DNA of 64,000 bases from Alphaproteobacteria bacterium (GTDB lineage Bacteria; Pseudomonadota; Alphaproteobacteria; GCA-2731375). The notes beneath the pieces were generated by a model that was given only the letters and a program-made list of their open reading frames with translations, was not told the DNA's origin and searched no databases. Below are positions 1 to 10,612 of the stretch, one piece after another. The stretch lies in contig CBDDBZ010000035.1 in NCBI GenBank assembly GCA_965225945.1, positions 1 through 64,000 on the forward strand, written 5' to 3'. The translations under genes were made by a program, and so were the position numbers. Each line of letters begins with the position of its first letter. The stretch's first letter is position 1.

Positions 1-659
1 TCGAGGAGCGCGGTGGTCATCTTGGCGTCGCCGAAGACGGACGGCCATTCGCCGAAGGTCAGGTTGGTGGTGACGATGATCGAGGTGCGCTCGTAGAGCC
101 GGCTGACGAGGTGGAACAGCAGCTGGCCTCCGGTTTGGGCGAAGGGCAGGTAGCCGAGCTCGTCGAGGATGACGAGGTCGCGCCGGGCCAGCTGATCGGC
201 GAGCCGGCCCTGGCGGCCGGCGCGGGCTTCGGCCTCGAGCCGGTTGACCAGGTCGACGACGTTGAAGAAGCGGCCCCGGGCGCCATCGCGGATGCAGGCC
301 CGCGCGATGGCGACGGCGAGATGGCTCTTGCCGGTTCCGGTGCCGCCGATCAGCACGGCGTTGCGCTGGTTGGCCAGGAAGCCGCCGACCGCCAACTCGC
401 GGACCAGCGGCTCGTTGACCGGGGTGTCGGTGAAGTCGAAGTCGGCCAGCTCCTTGGCCAGCGGCAGCTTGGCGCCACTCATCTGGTACTTGATGGATCG
501 CGCCTGCTTGTCGGCGATCTCGGCCTTCAACAGCTCGCCGATGATTCGCTGCATCGGATGCTGGCGCTTGAGGCCGTCGGCGAGCACCTCGTCGAACGCG
601 TCGCGCATGCCGGCGAGCTTGAGTGCGGCCATCATCTCCAGGACCTCATGGCGCTCCAT
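1..659 (-). CDS. istB: IS21 helper ATPase IstB (runs off the window edge)
   Basis: Reverse complement of the istB at 31461-32189. Walker A GGTGTGKS and ILDELGY motifs. Confidence 0.93.
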   Translation of the reverse strand, partial: MERHEVLEMMAALKLAGMRDAFDEVLADGLKRQHPMQRIIGELLKAEIADKQARSIKYQMSGAKLPLAKELADFDFTDTPVNEPLVRELAVGGFLANQRNAVLIGGTGTGKSHLAVAIARACIRDGARGRFFNVVDLVNRLEAEARAGRQGRLADQLARRDLVILDELGYLPFAQTGGQLLFHLVSRLYERTSIIVTTNLTFGEWPSVFGDAKMTTALL

Positions 660-2157
660 GGCCGACCCCCCGCAAGCGGTCGTAGCGGGTGCAATCGGCC
701 ACCGGCTCAAAGCGAAGACGCAGGTTCGCGGGCGTCGGGATCGGCGCCGTCTCGGACGGCTGGCGCCGACGATTGAGGATGTTGAGCACGACGTCGGCGC
801 TGCACACGCCGCCAGCGAGCGCCTCGGCACAGGCGGCCTCCACCGCCGCCAGCCCATCCGCCAGCACGGCGGTGAGGATCTCGACCATCTGCCTGTCGCC
901 GTCGTCGTGGCCGGCGAGCCGGACGCGCACGCGACCCAGGGCGCCGGGCAGCGCCCAGTCCTTGAACGGCGCGCCGTTACGAAGCGCACCGGGCTTCCTC
1001 GCCAGCACGGGCACGTAGTGCCACGGGTCATAGACGGTCTGGTCGCGGCCGAAGCGCCGGGCATGCTCGGCGACGATCTCGCCGTCCTGGCGGATGACGA
1101 TGCGATCGGCGTAGGCATGGACCTCGACCGGACGGCCGACGGCGCGCGCCGCCACGCTGTACTTGTTGCTGTCGAAGCGCACCAGGCAGGTCTTCGACAC
1201 CGACGCCGGGACCGCGTGGAAGCCGTCGAACGGCCCGCGATAGCCGACCAGGGACGGACGCTCGTCCTCGAACACCTGCCAGACAGTCCTGTCCTTGAAC
1301 ACCGGGTGGGGATGACGCCGGGCGTAGGCGACGCACTGGTCCAAGAGCCAGGCGTTGAGCTCGTCGTAGGTCTTGAAGCGCAGCCGCGGGGTGAAGAACC
1401 GACCGCGGATGATCCCGACCTGGTTCTCGACCTGCCCCTTCTCCCATCCCGCTCCCGGCGTGCATGCTGTCGGTTCGACCAGGTAGTGGCCACACATCTG
1501 CACGAAGCGCCGGTTGAACGCGCGCTCCTTGCCGATGAGGACGGTCTGCACCGCCGTCTTCATGTTGTCGTAGATGCCTCGCCGGCAGGCACCCTGGAAC
1601 AGCCGGAATGCCCGGTCGTGGGCGTCGAACACCATCTCCTGGCTCTCGCGCGGATAAGCGCGGACGAAGAACATTCGGCTGTGGCACAGCCGGACGTGCG
1701 CGACCTTGACCTTGGTCGTCACCCCCGCCAGCACCACGTACTCGTGGCTCCAGTCGAACTGATAGGCCTCGCCCGGCGAGAACACCAACGGCACATAGGT
1801 CTGCGCCGTCGATGCCGAACGGCGCCACCGCCACGCCTTGGCGTAGCGCCGCACCGCGTCGTAGCCGCCGCCATAGCCCAGACCCTCGAGGGCTTCGGAG
1901 ATCCGTAGCAGCGTCAGCCGCTCCCGCTTCGACTTGGTCTCGTTGGCCTCCAGCATCCGCTCCAGCTCGGCCGTCCACGGCCCCAGCTTCGGCATCGGCT
2001 GGACCCGCCGGTCGTAGGTGAACGCCGTCGCCTGCGAACGGATCACCTTGCGCACCGTGTTGCGCGAGACCTTCACGTCCCGCACGATCTCCTTGATCGG
2101 CTTCCCCTTGACGAAATACTCCCGCCGGATCCGCGCTATCGTCTCCACGACCAACAT
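646..2157 (-). CDS. istA: IS21 transposase IstA
   Basis: 503 aa. [17 protein letters not shown] and WEKGQVE DDE motifs. Confidence 0.96.
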   Translation of the reverse strand: MLVVETIARIRREYFVKGKPIKEIVRDVKVSRNTVRKVIRSQATAFTYDRRVQPMPKLGPWTAELERMLEANETKSKRERLTLLRISEALEGLGYGGGYDAVRRYAKAWRWRRSASTAQTYVPLVFSPGEAYQFDWSHEYVVLAGVTTKVKVAHVRLCHSRMFFVRAYPRESQEMVFDAHDRAFRLFQGACRRGIYDNMKTAVQTVLIGKERAFNRRFVQMCGHYLVEPTACTPGAGWEKGQVENQVGIIRGRFFTPRLRFKTYDELNAWLLDQCVAYARRHPHPVFKDRTVWQVFEDERPSLVGYRGPFDGFHAVPASVSKTCLVRFDSNKYSVAARAVGRPVEVHAYADRIVIRQDGEIVAEHARRFGRDQTVYDPWHYVPVLARKPGALRNGAPFKDWALPGALGRVRVRLAGHDDGDRQMVEILTAVLADGLAAVEAACAEALAGGVCSADVVLNILNRRRQPSETAPIPTPANLRLRFEPVADCTRYDRLRGVGHGAP

Positions 2158-2272
2158 CCCCCACCACCTCGTCCGCCCAAAAACGAGGTGACTTGGACTA
2201 GCCAGGCCCAGGGGGTCAAATTTGGACGCCGATCACCCCTCAACAGGGGTCAACTTTGCACGCCGTTCCACA

Positions 2273-2931
2273 GGCATGGCCGGGCCTGCACGTGGATGCC
2301 GTCGGCCCAGAAGTAGACGTAGCGCCGGGCCGACAGATCCCGCTTCAGCCAGTGTGCCTGCTCCCCCGCCCAGACTTCGGTGAGCCGCGCGATGGACGAG
2401 GCCGAGAGGCCGCCGGCGTCCGGCCCGAGTAAGGCCGCCAGCGCCTCGGTGAAGTCGCCGGTGGAGATGCCCTTGAGGTAGAGGATCGGGATCAGGACCT
2501 CGAGGCTCTTCGAGCGCCGCGCATAAGGCGGCAGCAGCGCCGAGGAGAAGCGGATGCGATCGGCGCCCAGCCCCGTGCGGTCGCGGACCCGTGGCCCGCG
2601 AACCGCGACCGGGCCGATGCCGGTCATGATCTCGCGTTCCGGCAGATGACCGTGGCGCACCAGCCGTTGGCGGCCTTCATCGGTGCGCTCCTCGGCGTGG
2701 CTCCCGAGGAACGCGGCCACCTCGGCCTCGACCGCTTGGGCCAAAAGGGAACGGGCGCCGTTGCGCAGCACCTCGGTCAACGGATCGGAAAACGTCGATG
2801 GCTCGGAAAGCTTCAAAACGTTATTGTCGGTCACGGCGTATCACTCCTTTGCTGGAGAAGTGGAGGCTCAATCACCCCCACGATACGCCACCTTAACCCT
2901 TCACGCCGTCACCAACTTCTGGCCATAGCTC
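2273..2931 (-). pseudogene. IS256-family element, 5' part; transposase (start 2834) truncated by IS21
   Basis: DPLTEVLRNGAR...LYLKGISTGDF...YFWADGI stops at the IS21 end. Left IR GAGCTATGGCCAGAAGTTGGTGA ends at 2931. Confidence 0.9.
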
Positions 2932-2944
2932 ATTGGAGCGTCCC

Positions 2945-3135
2945 AGGCATACAGCCTCGCAAGCCCCATGGAGATCGGCTGAAGGGCGGCGAAGCGGTCG
3001 CCTCGCTTGAACTCGGCGTTCCAATGCTCGTGAATATCCATGATGATCTCACCGACATGGGGATTTCCGCCACGGCGGCGGCAGCGATGGGGCGAGAGCA
3101 GGTTGTTCTCGCGCATCACCCGGAGCACCCGCTTG
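2945..3135 (-). pseudogene. Internally deleted fragment of the IS3-like element found at 61281-62700
   Basis: Reverse complement of about 62035-62318 with three internal deletions. Confidence 0.85.
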
Positions 3136-4366
3136 TCACTGCACCTATCGAAACTGACGTTCGCGTCTGCTGATACCTTGTCCTTGGCACCAGATTCCAT
3201 CGTCTTGTTTGTGGGGCCGAACAGTTCAGGAAAACCGGCTCGCCACGCAAAAGCCGCAGGGCAACCCAGTCCCTCAAGGACCTTTGGAACCAGATCACTT
3301 CTCCGCATCAATTCCAGGGCCTCTCAATTGTAGGTGGGATCGTCTTGTTTGTGGGGCCCTGGAAAAAACCGGCACGACTTCCCAATACCTGGATTTTATT
3401 TTATTCGCGACAACTCCATTACCCATAACAACAACCTAATCATGTCGGATCTAATAATATCCTCACCCGACGCCGCCAACAACGACTGGAAACAGGAACA
3501 CCCCAAATACGCAGGCCGCGTCTTTGCGCGATTGATCGAAGCGGATCACCGTCTTTCGGCCATAAAGGAAAGAACTCGAATCAACCGCTCAGAAGAAAAG
3601 CCGATACATCCTTTACAGGCGTTGGACTTCGATCCGGACAGGGAACACGATACAAGCAATACATTCAACAATGTATTTGGCCAACACCTTATATTGGACC
3701 GCGGTGCGGGTTCGGTTGTCAACTTGCATGTCGGCACCCACGCGGATCCGGCTGCTTATGGCGGAGAGTACTCATCCGAATACGCATCCGAGGTGCGCAA
3801 GCGGCCGGACATTAGCACTGAGGGCGATGGTCTCAAGGCCGCCGCGGGATTGTTCCTGAACATTCTCGCAATTCCAAAGAGCATATATCTAATCGACGAA
3901 CCGGACGTTTATCTCCATCCGCCTCAAGCCTACGCGACTGCAAGAGAAATGGTGAACATAAGCAATGGCAAGCAGTTGTTCATGGCAACACATAACGCTC
4001 ACTTCCTTCGCGGGTTATTGGACAGCAACTCTGAAAGAGTCATATTGGTTCGTCTCGACCGATCCACTGACATTCAATCCGTCAAGGTAATCGATACCGA
4101 AGTGTTTCGCGGCATAGATGCGGACCCTCTGGTGAGGTTCTCGAATTTGCTGGAAGCTATCTTCTTTTCGACCTCGATCGTTTGCGAGAACGAAGCGGAC
4201 TGCTTGTTCTATAGGAACTTGTGTAGAGTAATCGATCCAGCCGGTAACGATAATGAGGTATTCTGGCTAAGCGCCCATGGCAAACAAAACATCAAGAAAT
4301 TCGTATTCCTCCTGCGGCAGCTGGGATTGGCGGTAATTTCCATTCCAGATCTCGATATCATCAATG

Positions 4367-5127
4367 CTTGCCTATCCGGTTATCACCCACACCCACTATA
4401 TGTAGTGTGTCTCCTTGGACTGCAGGCAAGGGCCGGCGCAGGCGCATTGAGGAGGCGATCCGGCTAATTCTTGATTGTTCTGAAAACCGAACCGGAGTTT
4501 AATTCACGTCACGTACTTAACATCGGGGACGGAACGGTGGCGACCAAGGGAAAAACGAAGAAACCCACGGCCAGACGGGAAGCTGCTGATGAAACGACAT
4601 CGTCTGAGCGATTGACGGCACTAGTCGAAGAAAGCGACGCGCTGGCACGAATCGTACTGCGAAGAACCCGTCCGCGCCTGTTAGTCTCCTGCGCGTTTTG
4701 AGTCGCAGCGAAGACGAAGCGACACGCAAGAACGTGATCCTCAATCCGTTTACTTCATATGACGTATTGAGCGAACTTGAAAACCAGTTCACAGAGCTAT
4801 TTGTGAATAATCCGAAACTCGAATCCTACAATTCAATGAAGCTCTGATTTCCTGGAATATTCCATCGGTGCGGTGTCGTTCACCTCCGATTTCAGATAAA
4901 TTTCAATGAAGTGACGGTCCTTTATGCAACGTGGCGTTTTGCCAAATCCGACTCAATGATTAGGATTTCCACCACGCTAAAGTGTCGCCTAAAAGGCGCT
5001 ACAATGCCGTCCGAGTCCCTGCTCGGCATCGCCGGAGATATCTCCGCTTCGACCTGCACCGAGCTTTACTCAGGAAAATGGGTGCACACTACATATAGTG
5101 GGTGTGGGTGATAACCGGATAGGCAAG
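4367..5127. mobile_element. Non-autonomous IS1595-type cassette (MIC/MITE-like), no transposase
   Basis: About 43-bp perfect terminal IRs CTTGCCTATCCGGTTATCACCCACACCCACTATATGTAGTGTG. Flanks CATCAATG/GCTCAATG form an imperfect 8-bp duplication. Ends match the IS1595 at 51448-52552. Confidence 0.9.
4537..4847 (+). pseudogene. Leucine-rich-repeat-variant (LRV/HEAT-like) small protein, frameshifted passenger of the cassette
   Basis: Joined frames read ...TSSERLTALVEESDALARIV/AKNPSAPVSLLRVLSRSEDEATRKNVILNPFT...FVNNPKL, the VAxNPxxPxxLLxxL repeat pattern. Frameshift near 4655. Confidence 0.6.
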
Positions 5128-5906
5128 GCTCAATGATCAGACGAACCTCCGAACGTTGTTCGAAAGTCATGGTGGAACATGGGCGAACATTCAGGCCGAC
5201 TACTTGACGCTGGCTCACCTTATGAAGGAACGGAAACCGACCGTGTCGGCAGAAGGCGTCACAACGAAGATCGGTGCCGCCCTTACAAACATGTCGACAG
5301 GGGCAGATGAACTCTTCCCGGACGATACAGCCGAGGAGATCAGAGCTGTAATGAGGGGCACGTCGCCCTGGAGGGAAATCAAGGAAAGCGGCATCAGTGC
5401 CTTCGGCAAAGGCGAAAACCGAAATGCGGTAGATCGTTTGCTTGACGCACTGCGACACCACGGAATTCTCGTGCCGCCGGTAGGCGAAATGGAAAGTTTC
5501 TACCCCCAATCGTCAAACCATGGCATGGCATGGGTAAATGACGTTCTATGCCTTGATATTGCTCGCGACGAGCAATTATCGGAAGCACGGAAATTTGGCA
5601 AAGCGATAATCCGTGCACGGACCGGAACAGATACGCGACAGTGAATTGAACTGAGCGCCGGGGCTATTCGAACCGAAACGTCGTTCGCTACACAAAAACG
5701 AGTCTGGTACCGGACATCCGACCTGTACCACGCACTGCGATGCTGCCTGCGATCCGTTCCGACACCTCGTGGAGGCAGTCGCGCGCCATATGAGCGTAGC
5801 GCGCCGTCGTCGAGATTTGGGGAGATCCCCCCGCCGTGGATTTCACGGCGACCAAACGCCTAGTCTAGCCCTGCGCTCGGAGGCCCGCGGTGCCCCTTGC
5901 TGGCTC

Positions 5907-6740
5907 CTACGCCGGTTCGCGCAGCGCCAAGGCCAATTCGTCCTTTATCCCGAGAATCTTTCTGACCGCCGCACACGCTTCACGAGCCGCTTTGGGCGAT
6001 TCGGCGTAGTAGTTTGCATGGGCAATATCATTGCGCAGTTTCTGGATCGCCTTGAAGTCCCGGTCCAAGCTTAGCGTTCCGCCGGTTATCAGCCGCTTCT
6101 TGCGCAGTATCGTTGCCTTGTCCGAGAGCTGGCTGAATGCGATCTCGCTGACGAAGCCGTCTTTCCGCCTCGCCTCGCTGATCGCCTCCACAATGCCCGC
6201 CCGCCGCTTCACGCTCAGAAGTTCGAGCCAGCCTGTCCGGTCGTCACCGTGCCATTCTTTCTCGATCCGCTGAGCCATTGCCATTTCGAGGCGGGTGTTC
6301 AGGGTGAACAACGCGGCGCGGACCGGAAGCTGTTGCAGGTCCGACAGGCTGACTAAGCCTGCGACCCGGTCACCCGAGACAACGAGCCGCGTCGGCCGTG
6401 CGTCAGCTGTCTTCACGAAGTCGATGATGCTCGCATCGGCGCCAATCACGACGTCTTCGGAGAAAGGTTCAAAATCGTCATCGATCTCCTCTGGCGGCGC
6501 TTCCTTGCCGAACCATCGCTCTGCCTCGTAGAGGCCCAGAATGCGCTCGGCGTCGTCAACTACGGGCAGGAAACTGAAACGCTCCGTATTCCGCGCCATG
6601 ACTGCTCTCGCTGTCTCGTCGCGCCGACAGGTCCGCAGATCGGCGCGAGGAGTCATGACCATGTTCACCGTGAGACTGCGTTGCATCCGTTCGAGCACAT
6701 CGAGCCCGGCATCGCCGGGATTTGCCCACTGCGCTGTCAT
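5907..6740 (-). CDS. CBS-domain protein with C-terminal HEPN-like domain
   Basis: Tandem CBS pattern (VNMVMTPR, LPVVD..ILGL, VAGLVSLSDL). C-terminal LRNDIAH fits the Rx4H HEPN motif. Confidence 0.75.
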   Translation of the reverse strand: MTAQWANPGDAGLDVLERMQRSLTVNMVMTPRADLRTCRRDETARAVMARNTERFSFLPVVDDAERILGLYEAERWFGKEAPPEEIDDDFEPFSEDVVIGADASIIDFVKTADARPTRLVVSGDRVAGLVSLSDLQQLPVRAALFTLNTRLEMAMAQRIEKEWHGDDRTGWLELLSVKRRAGIVEAISEARRKDGFVSEIAFSQLSDKATILRKKRLITGGTLSLDRDFKAIQKLRNDIAHANYYAESPKAAREACAAVRKILGIKDELALALREPA

Positions 6741-7264
6741 GAATTCCTTTCCTTTCCCGCGCCAAAGGTGACAGTCCAGCTCGACACAGCGACGCTGGCA
6801 AGCCGGGATCCCGTCGCCTATTTCATTCGTCGTTCCGGTAACTTAGCGTGTGTGCCGAGGACGAGTCCGGCTTCTCGCACTTGCTTTGATGAGTTTTCTC
6901 CACAAGTCGCACAACTCGTCATATTTTCGGTCATATGGTAGCCCTTTCGGAGCTTGCCAATTTCCAGGGTTGAAGTACTTGGTTCTCGCCGTCACGCTCT
7001 GCTCGATGGATGACGAGGACCGGTACGGCCCGTGCTCCACGAGACCTGGTTCGGCGATGCCGTCGATCGGGACTTGCTCTCTGACTATCGGGTATCGTGC
7101 TGACCGTCCCGGAATCCCTCGCCGCTGGTATTCGCATCCACACCTCACCTCCCGTCGTCTCAAGAATGCTCACAACGTCCTGTTTGTTATCAATCCTAAT
7201 GTGGGAACGACTGGGGGTTCGCTGTCGATATTGTCATAATTATTATTGCAATAACAATGCATTA

Positions 7265-8224
7265 TTAACCGACATTCCCCAGATGACATCCAAATTCGCG
7301 GAAATCGTACCACGGCCCCATCTCCAAGGGAACTCTGTTCCCATTGCAGCCATCCGATGACATGATTTTGGTAATCGGCCAGCGCGTGGAAGGCCATTTG
7401 GTCGTTTCTCTTGCCATCCAGACACACCTCTCGTGTCGCAATCTCCTGCGCGTGCCGTTCTTGCCGATGTTGCCCTTGATGGTGCACCGTCCGCTGTTCT
7501 CTTGCCGTGTCGTTGTCCGCATGCCGCCAAGGCGCTCGCCCTTGCGCCAATCCCAAGGCGGAATGACATCGCCGCGCCACACGCCCCGCCTTGCTGTCCG
7601 CGGCCCCGACTCCTCGGCAACGTACGCATTCGAGTACCGCCGGTACGCAAAGGCCCAGCCTTCCGCAGCCATCCACGCATTGAGATCCGTCCCGGAGGCG
7701 CTGCATACCGCCACGACTCGGCCGTAGCGGTCCCGGTCGCGCTCTTGGCATGAAACGGACCTTCCGCCGATCCGACCCGCAAGCGCCCGCGTCGCCTCAC
7801 GACCGCACGACCACCGCTTGCCCCCGGCCTGGCAACTCTGCTTGCTCTCCGGCGCATCGATCCCGTGCAGGCGAATCCGAACTCCGCCCACGTCGAGCGT
7901 ATCGCCGTCGATCACCCGCGCGGGACCCGTGAACGCACCAGAACCACCGGCAATGCGAACCGACTCAACCTTCCGGACTTCCGCCGCGTTCTCCGCTCCG
8001 ATTTCAATCCCTCCAAGCCGATCCCGGAGCCTGTGCTTCTGCCTCTCGAACCAGTCTGCCGAGCGCTCCGTCGGCGGCCGTGCCATTGCCTCGATCGAGC
8101 GGAGGCGCCGGCGCATCTCGTCCTCCGCCTCGCGCCACGTCAACGGCGCGACTGACACGATCGCTCCCACCCCGATCACGACCAAAATGACCGTCTTCAC
8201 CGATCGCTTCACCCGCCGCCTCAT
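7265..8224 (-). CDS. Thermonuclease (SNase-like) family protein, C-terminus degenerate
   Basis: VIDGDT, IRLHGIDAPE and DRYGRVVA motifs. N-terminal membrane anchor. CTIKGNI domain is cut short and the frame then drifts. Confidence 0.88.
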   Translation of the reverse strand: MRRRVKRSVKTVILVVIGVGAIVSVAPLTWREAEDEMRRRLRSIEAMARPPTERSADWFERQKHRLRDRLGGIEIGAENAAEVRKVESVRIAGGSGAFTGPARVIDGDTLDVGGVRIRLHGIDAPESKQSCQAGGKRWSCGREATRALAGRIGGRSVSCQERDRDRYGRVVAVCSASGTDLNAWMAAEGWAFAYRRYSNAYVAEESGPRTARRGVWRGDVIPPWDWRKGERLGGMRTTTRQENSGRCTIKGNIGKNGTRRRLRHERCVWMARETTKWPSTRWPITKIMSSDGCNGNRVPLEMGPWYDFREFGCHLGNVG

Positions 8225-8421
8225 CCGGTTCCCCCGCGCTCAACGAGCGCCCACCATCCTCGCAACCCTTCTCCCCGCTCTCAAGAACTCGACCGCGCCG
8301 TGCCGGGGACATCGGTCATTCAAGTTACTTCGGCATCGACCATGGCGAGTGTGTCTCCATTGGCGGCGCGCGGTCTTCTGTGGCCCCGGTCCCGTGACGC
8401 CGTTCCGACTCACCGCTCGTC

Positions 8422-9297
8422 GTGCCGATGACGGCCATCCCGACCGGTGTTAGCCTGACTGACATGGCGACCGGCCCCTGGACGGATGCAGAGAACAACC
8501 TCATCGTCGCGGACTATTTCGCGATGCTTGGAGCCGATCTCGCGGGCCGTTTCTACAATAAGGCCGAACACAACCGGCAACTGCGGGGCCAGATCGACCG
8601 CAGCCGACATTCCATCGAATTCAAGCATCGGAACATCAGTGCGGTGTTGAAGGGACTCGGCGAGAGCTGGATCACCGGCTACCTGCCCGCATTCAATATC
8701 CAGATGTCGCTCGCCGATGCCGTCGCTCGCTGGCTGCATCGCCATCCCGAATTCGAGACGCCTGACCTTCACGTGAATGCGCCAGCCGACACCCAGCAAA
8801 CAGCCGAGCTCGTCATCGACCTCCCGCCTACTCTCAGGAACCATCCCCCACCTGACGAACTCGAGCAGATGCAAGCGATCGCGCACAGGTTCGACGTGGC
8901 GGCACGAGCCGAGCGGAACCGAGCGCTTGGACGCGCCGGGGAAGAGCGCGTGCTCGCCCATGAGCAGGCGATCCTCACCGGAGTCGGCCGTGCCGACCTC
9001 GCGAGGCGCGTGCGTTGGGTGTCAGACGAAGACGGCGACGGAGCGGGATACGACATCGAAAGCTATTCGCCTGAGGGACGAACCCGACTGATCGAGGTGA
9101 AGACCACGAATGGCTGGGAGCGGACGCCCTTCCACATCACCCGGAACGAACTCGCTGTCGCGGAAAACCGGCCTACAGAGTGGTGCCTGCTGCGGCTGTG
9201 GAACTTCGCTCGAGAACCAAGGGGCTTCGAACTGCGCCCGCCTCTCGACGCACACGTGACGCTCATTGCGACCAGCTACGAGGCCCGATTCCACTGA
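8422..9297 (+). CDS. DUF3883/NO VEIN-type PD-(D/E)xK endonuclease
   Basis: GRAGEERV...DGDGAGYDIES...LIEVKTT...FHITRNE. N-terminal SIEFKHRNISAVL domain. Confidence 0.85.
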   Translation: MPMTAIPTGVSLTDMATGPWTDAENNLIVADYFAMLGADLAGRFYNKAEHNRQLRGQIDRSRHSIEFKHRNISAVLKGLGESWITGYLPAFNIQMSLADAVARWLHRHPEFETPDLHVNAPADTQQTAELVIDLPPTLRNHPPPDELEQMQAIAHRFDVAARAERNRALGRAGEERVLAHEQAILTGVGRADLARRVRWVSDEDGDGAGYDIESYSPEGRTRLIEVKTTNGWERTPFHITRNELAVAENRPTEWCLLRLWNFAREPRGFELRPPLDAHVTLIATSYEARFH

Positions 9298-9384
9298 ATT
9301 CCTTTCACCTCCGTGCGTCCCGCATTCCCTCACCTCGCGAACCTCGAAGCGCTTGAGCTGGCGGCGGCTTCCGTTTTCGAGGAT

Positions 9385-10314
9385 CTAGCAACTCGCTGCT
9401 TCGGGGAGAGCAAGCCAGATGTCGTCGGCCCACGAAGGATTGTCGATGAACGGATTGCGGTTGCCCTGCAGTTCCATGACGCGGTCGTTGCGCCGTTGGT
9501 CGAACGGCGTCGGGGGATACCGTCGATTCCACTCCAACAGCTTGCAGAGATGTCCGATCCACGGCTCCTTCACCTTGGCGTTTCCGGCCTTCAGTGACAG
9601 GTCGGGCATGCTCTCGGGCGGGACATCGTCGCCGGATTCGTAGCGGACGTCCATGTAGAAGAGCATCCGTGCGACCTGCCCCTTGGCGCGGTCTGGTGGT
9701 TCGAATGACTGGTTTTCCCTGCTCAGGCGGGCGCTTGCCCTTCGGTTGGGACAGCCTTTCGACTTGTCGAATACCTCGTCGCCACCGTGGTTGTAACCGT
9801 AGTTGCTGTGCTTGTTGTTGACGTCCTTGTCGGCCGGGCGGATGTGGTGGAGATCCGTATAGCCATCCTTCTCCTGGTTCTTGAATTCACGGGAGGTCGG
9901 CCAAACGTGCTCGCGTTCCCAAAGGTCCTGGCAACCAGCTCGACCTCCCCTGTAGGCCTGAACCAGATCCCGGGTTTCGTCGAGATAGAGCAGACGGACC
10001 TTGCCGCACACGGGAACGTCCTCCGGGCAAGCGGAGTCGGTGTACGCCAACGCCTCCCAGACATCTAGGTCTTGAGAGTCGAACCAGTCGTCGTTCTCGG
10101 GGTTCGTGTACGGCAATGGGGTGTGACCGTCGATGATCACGTGAAGGGCATCTTTCAACGCCGCACCGGACTCGCCGATCGCCGCGGCGTAGTAGCCGTC
10201 GGGGGGCTCTGCACGCACCGTCGGGAGTACACCGGTCGTGGCGAGCACAAACGTCGCTGCGACGGACGTGAACACGGCAGGCCATTTTGAAATCAAGTAC
10301 AGGCTCCTGTGCAT
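9385..10314 (-). CDS. Secreted endonuclease I family (EndA/Bsn-like)
   Basis: Signal-peptide-like N-terminus. WEREHVWP, TDLHHIRPAD, AKGQVARMLFYMDVRYE and QGNRNPFIDNP motifs. Confidence 0.92.
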   Translation of the reverse strand: MHRSLYLISKWPAVFTSVAATFVLATTGVLPTVRAEPPDGYYAAAIGESGAALKDALHVIIDGHTPLPYTNPENDDWFDSQDLDVWEALAYTDSACPEDVPVCGKVRLLYLDETRDLVQAYRGGRAGCQDLWEREHVWPTSREFKNQEKDGYTDLHHIRPADKDVNNKHSNYGYNHGGDEVFDKSKGCPNRRASARLSRENQSFEPPDRAKGQVARMLFYMDVRYESGDDVPPESMPDLSLKAGNAKVKEPWIGHLCKLLEWNRRYPPTPFDQRRNDRVMELQGNRNPFIDNPSWADDIWLALPEAASC

Positions 10315-10354
10315 GACCCGTGCCCGCTATCGTCCCCCATCGCATCCCCAAGCC

Positions 10355-10612
10355 TTATCGCTCGATCTGAAGCTCGTTTGCCGTGAACGCATCCTCGGAC
10401 GCCACGGAATAGAGTGCGTCAATCTCCGGGCTGAGCGCCAACACGGCGGCGATCCTCCGCTCTGCACAATGGACCTGAACCAGCGGCGCTCCTCGGTGCT
10501 GAGCGGCTGTCCGTCGCGGCGATTAGACTGCCGATAGCCCAACCACTTCTTGAGCACAGGATAGCCCCCAAACTCGTATTTTCAGACCAACTCGGGCACG
10601 TTGGCGAAGAAC
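10355..10612 (-). pseudogene. 3' remnant of a type ISP/IIG restriction-modification enzyme
   Basis: FANVPELV*KYEFGGYPVLKKWLGYR...PLSTEERRWF...IAAVLALSPEIDALY resembles the type ISP C-terminal specificity domain. Cut off by the IS21 end at 10613. Confidence 0.65.

Larger units (their letters stand above)
1..2272 (-). mobile_element. IS21-family element, copy 1 (right end outside the window)
   Basis: istA/istB pair. Left end TGTGGAACGGCGTGCAAAGTTGACCCC with repeated sub-terminal motifs ends at 2272. Near-identical to 29848-32392 in inverted orientation. Confidence 0.95.
3133..5644 (+). pseudogene. OLD-family-like ATP-dependent nuclease (ABC-ATPase + TOPRIM), disrupted
   Basis: Walker A IVLFVGPNSSGK (about 3200-3235), Walker B/D-loop LIDEPDVYLHPP, ATH switch, TOPRIM CENEAD and IPDLD. 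Frame rejoins (LDIINDQTNLRTLFESHGG) when the 4367-5127 insertion and one target copy are removed. The 5' region is scrambled. Confidence 0.8.

Noticed and set aside
244-1908. Long antisense ORFs (also 24098-25534, 30212-31876, 39112-40653, 56429-58663, 58311-60104, 59987-61363)
   Set aside because: They are shadow ORFs of GC-rich genes on the opposite strand, with no recognisable motifs.
6843-7240. Possible degraded gene upstream of the CBS-HEPN gene
   Set aside because: Only short, frame-shifting ORFs are present, with no motif I can identify.
10580-10595. In-frame TGA in the type ISP relic as selenocysteine
   Set aside because: The position corresponds to a Trp-like site in a truncated, frameshifted gene, and no SECIS-like hairpin follows.
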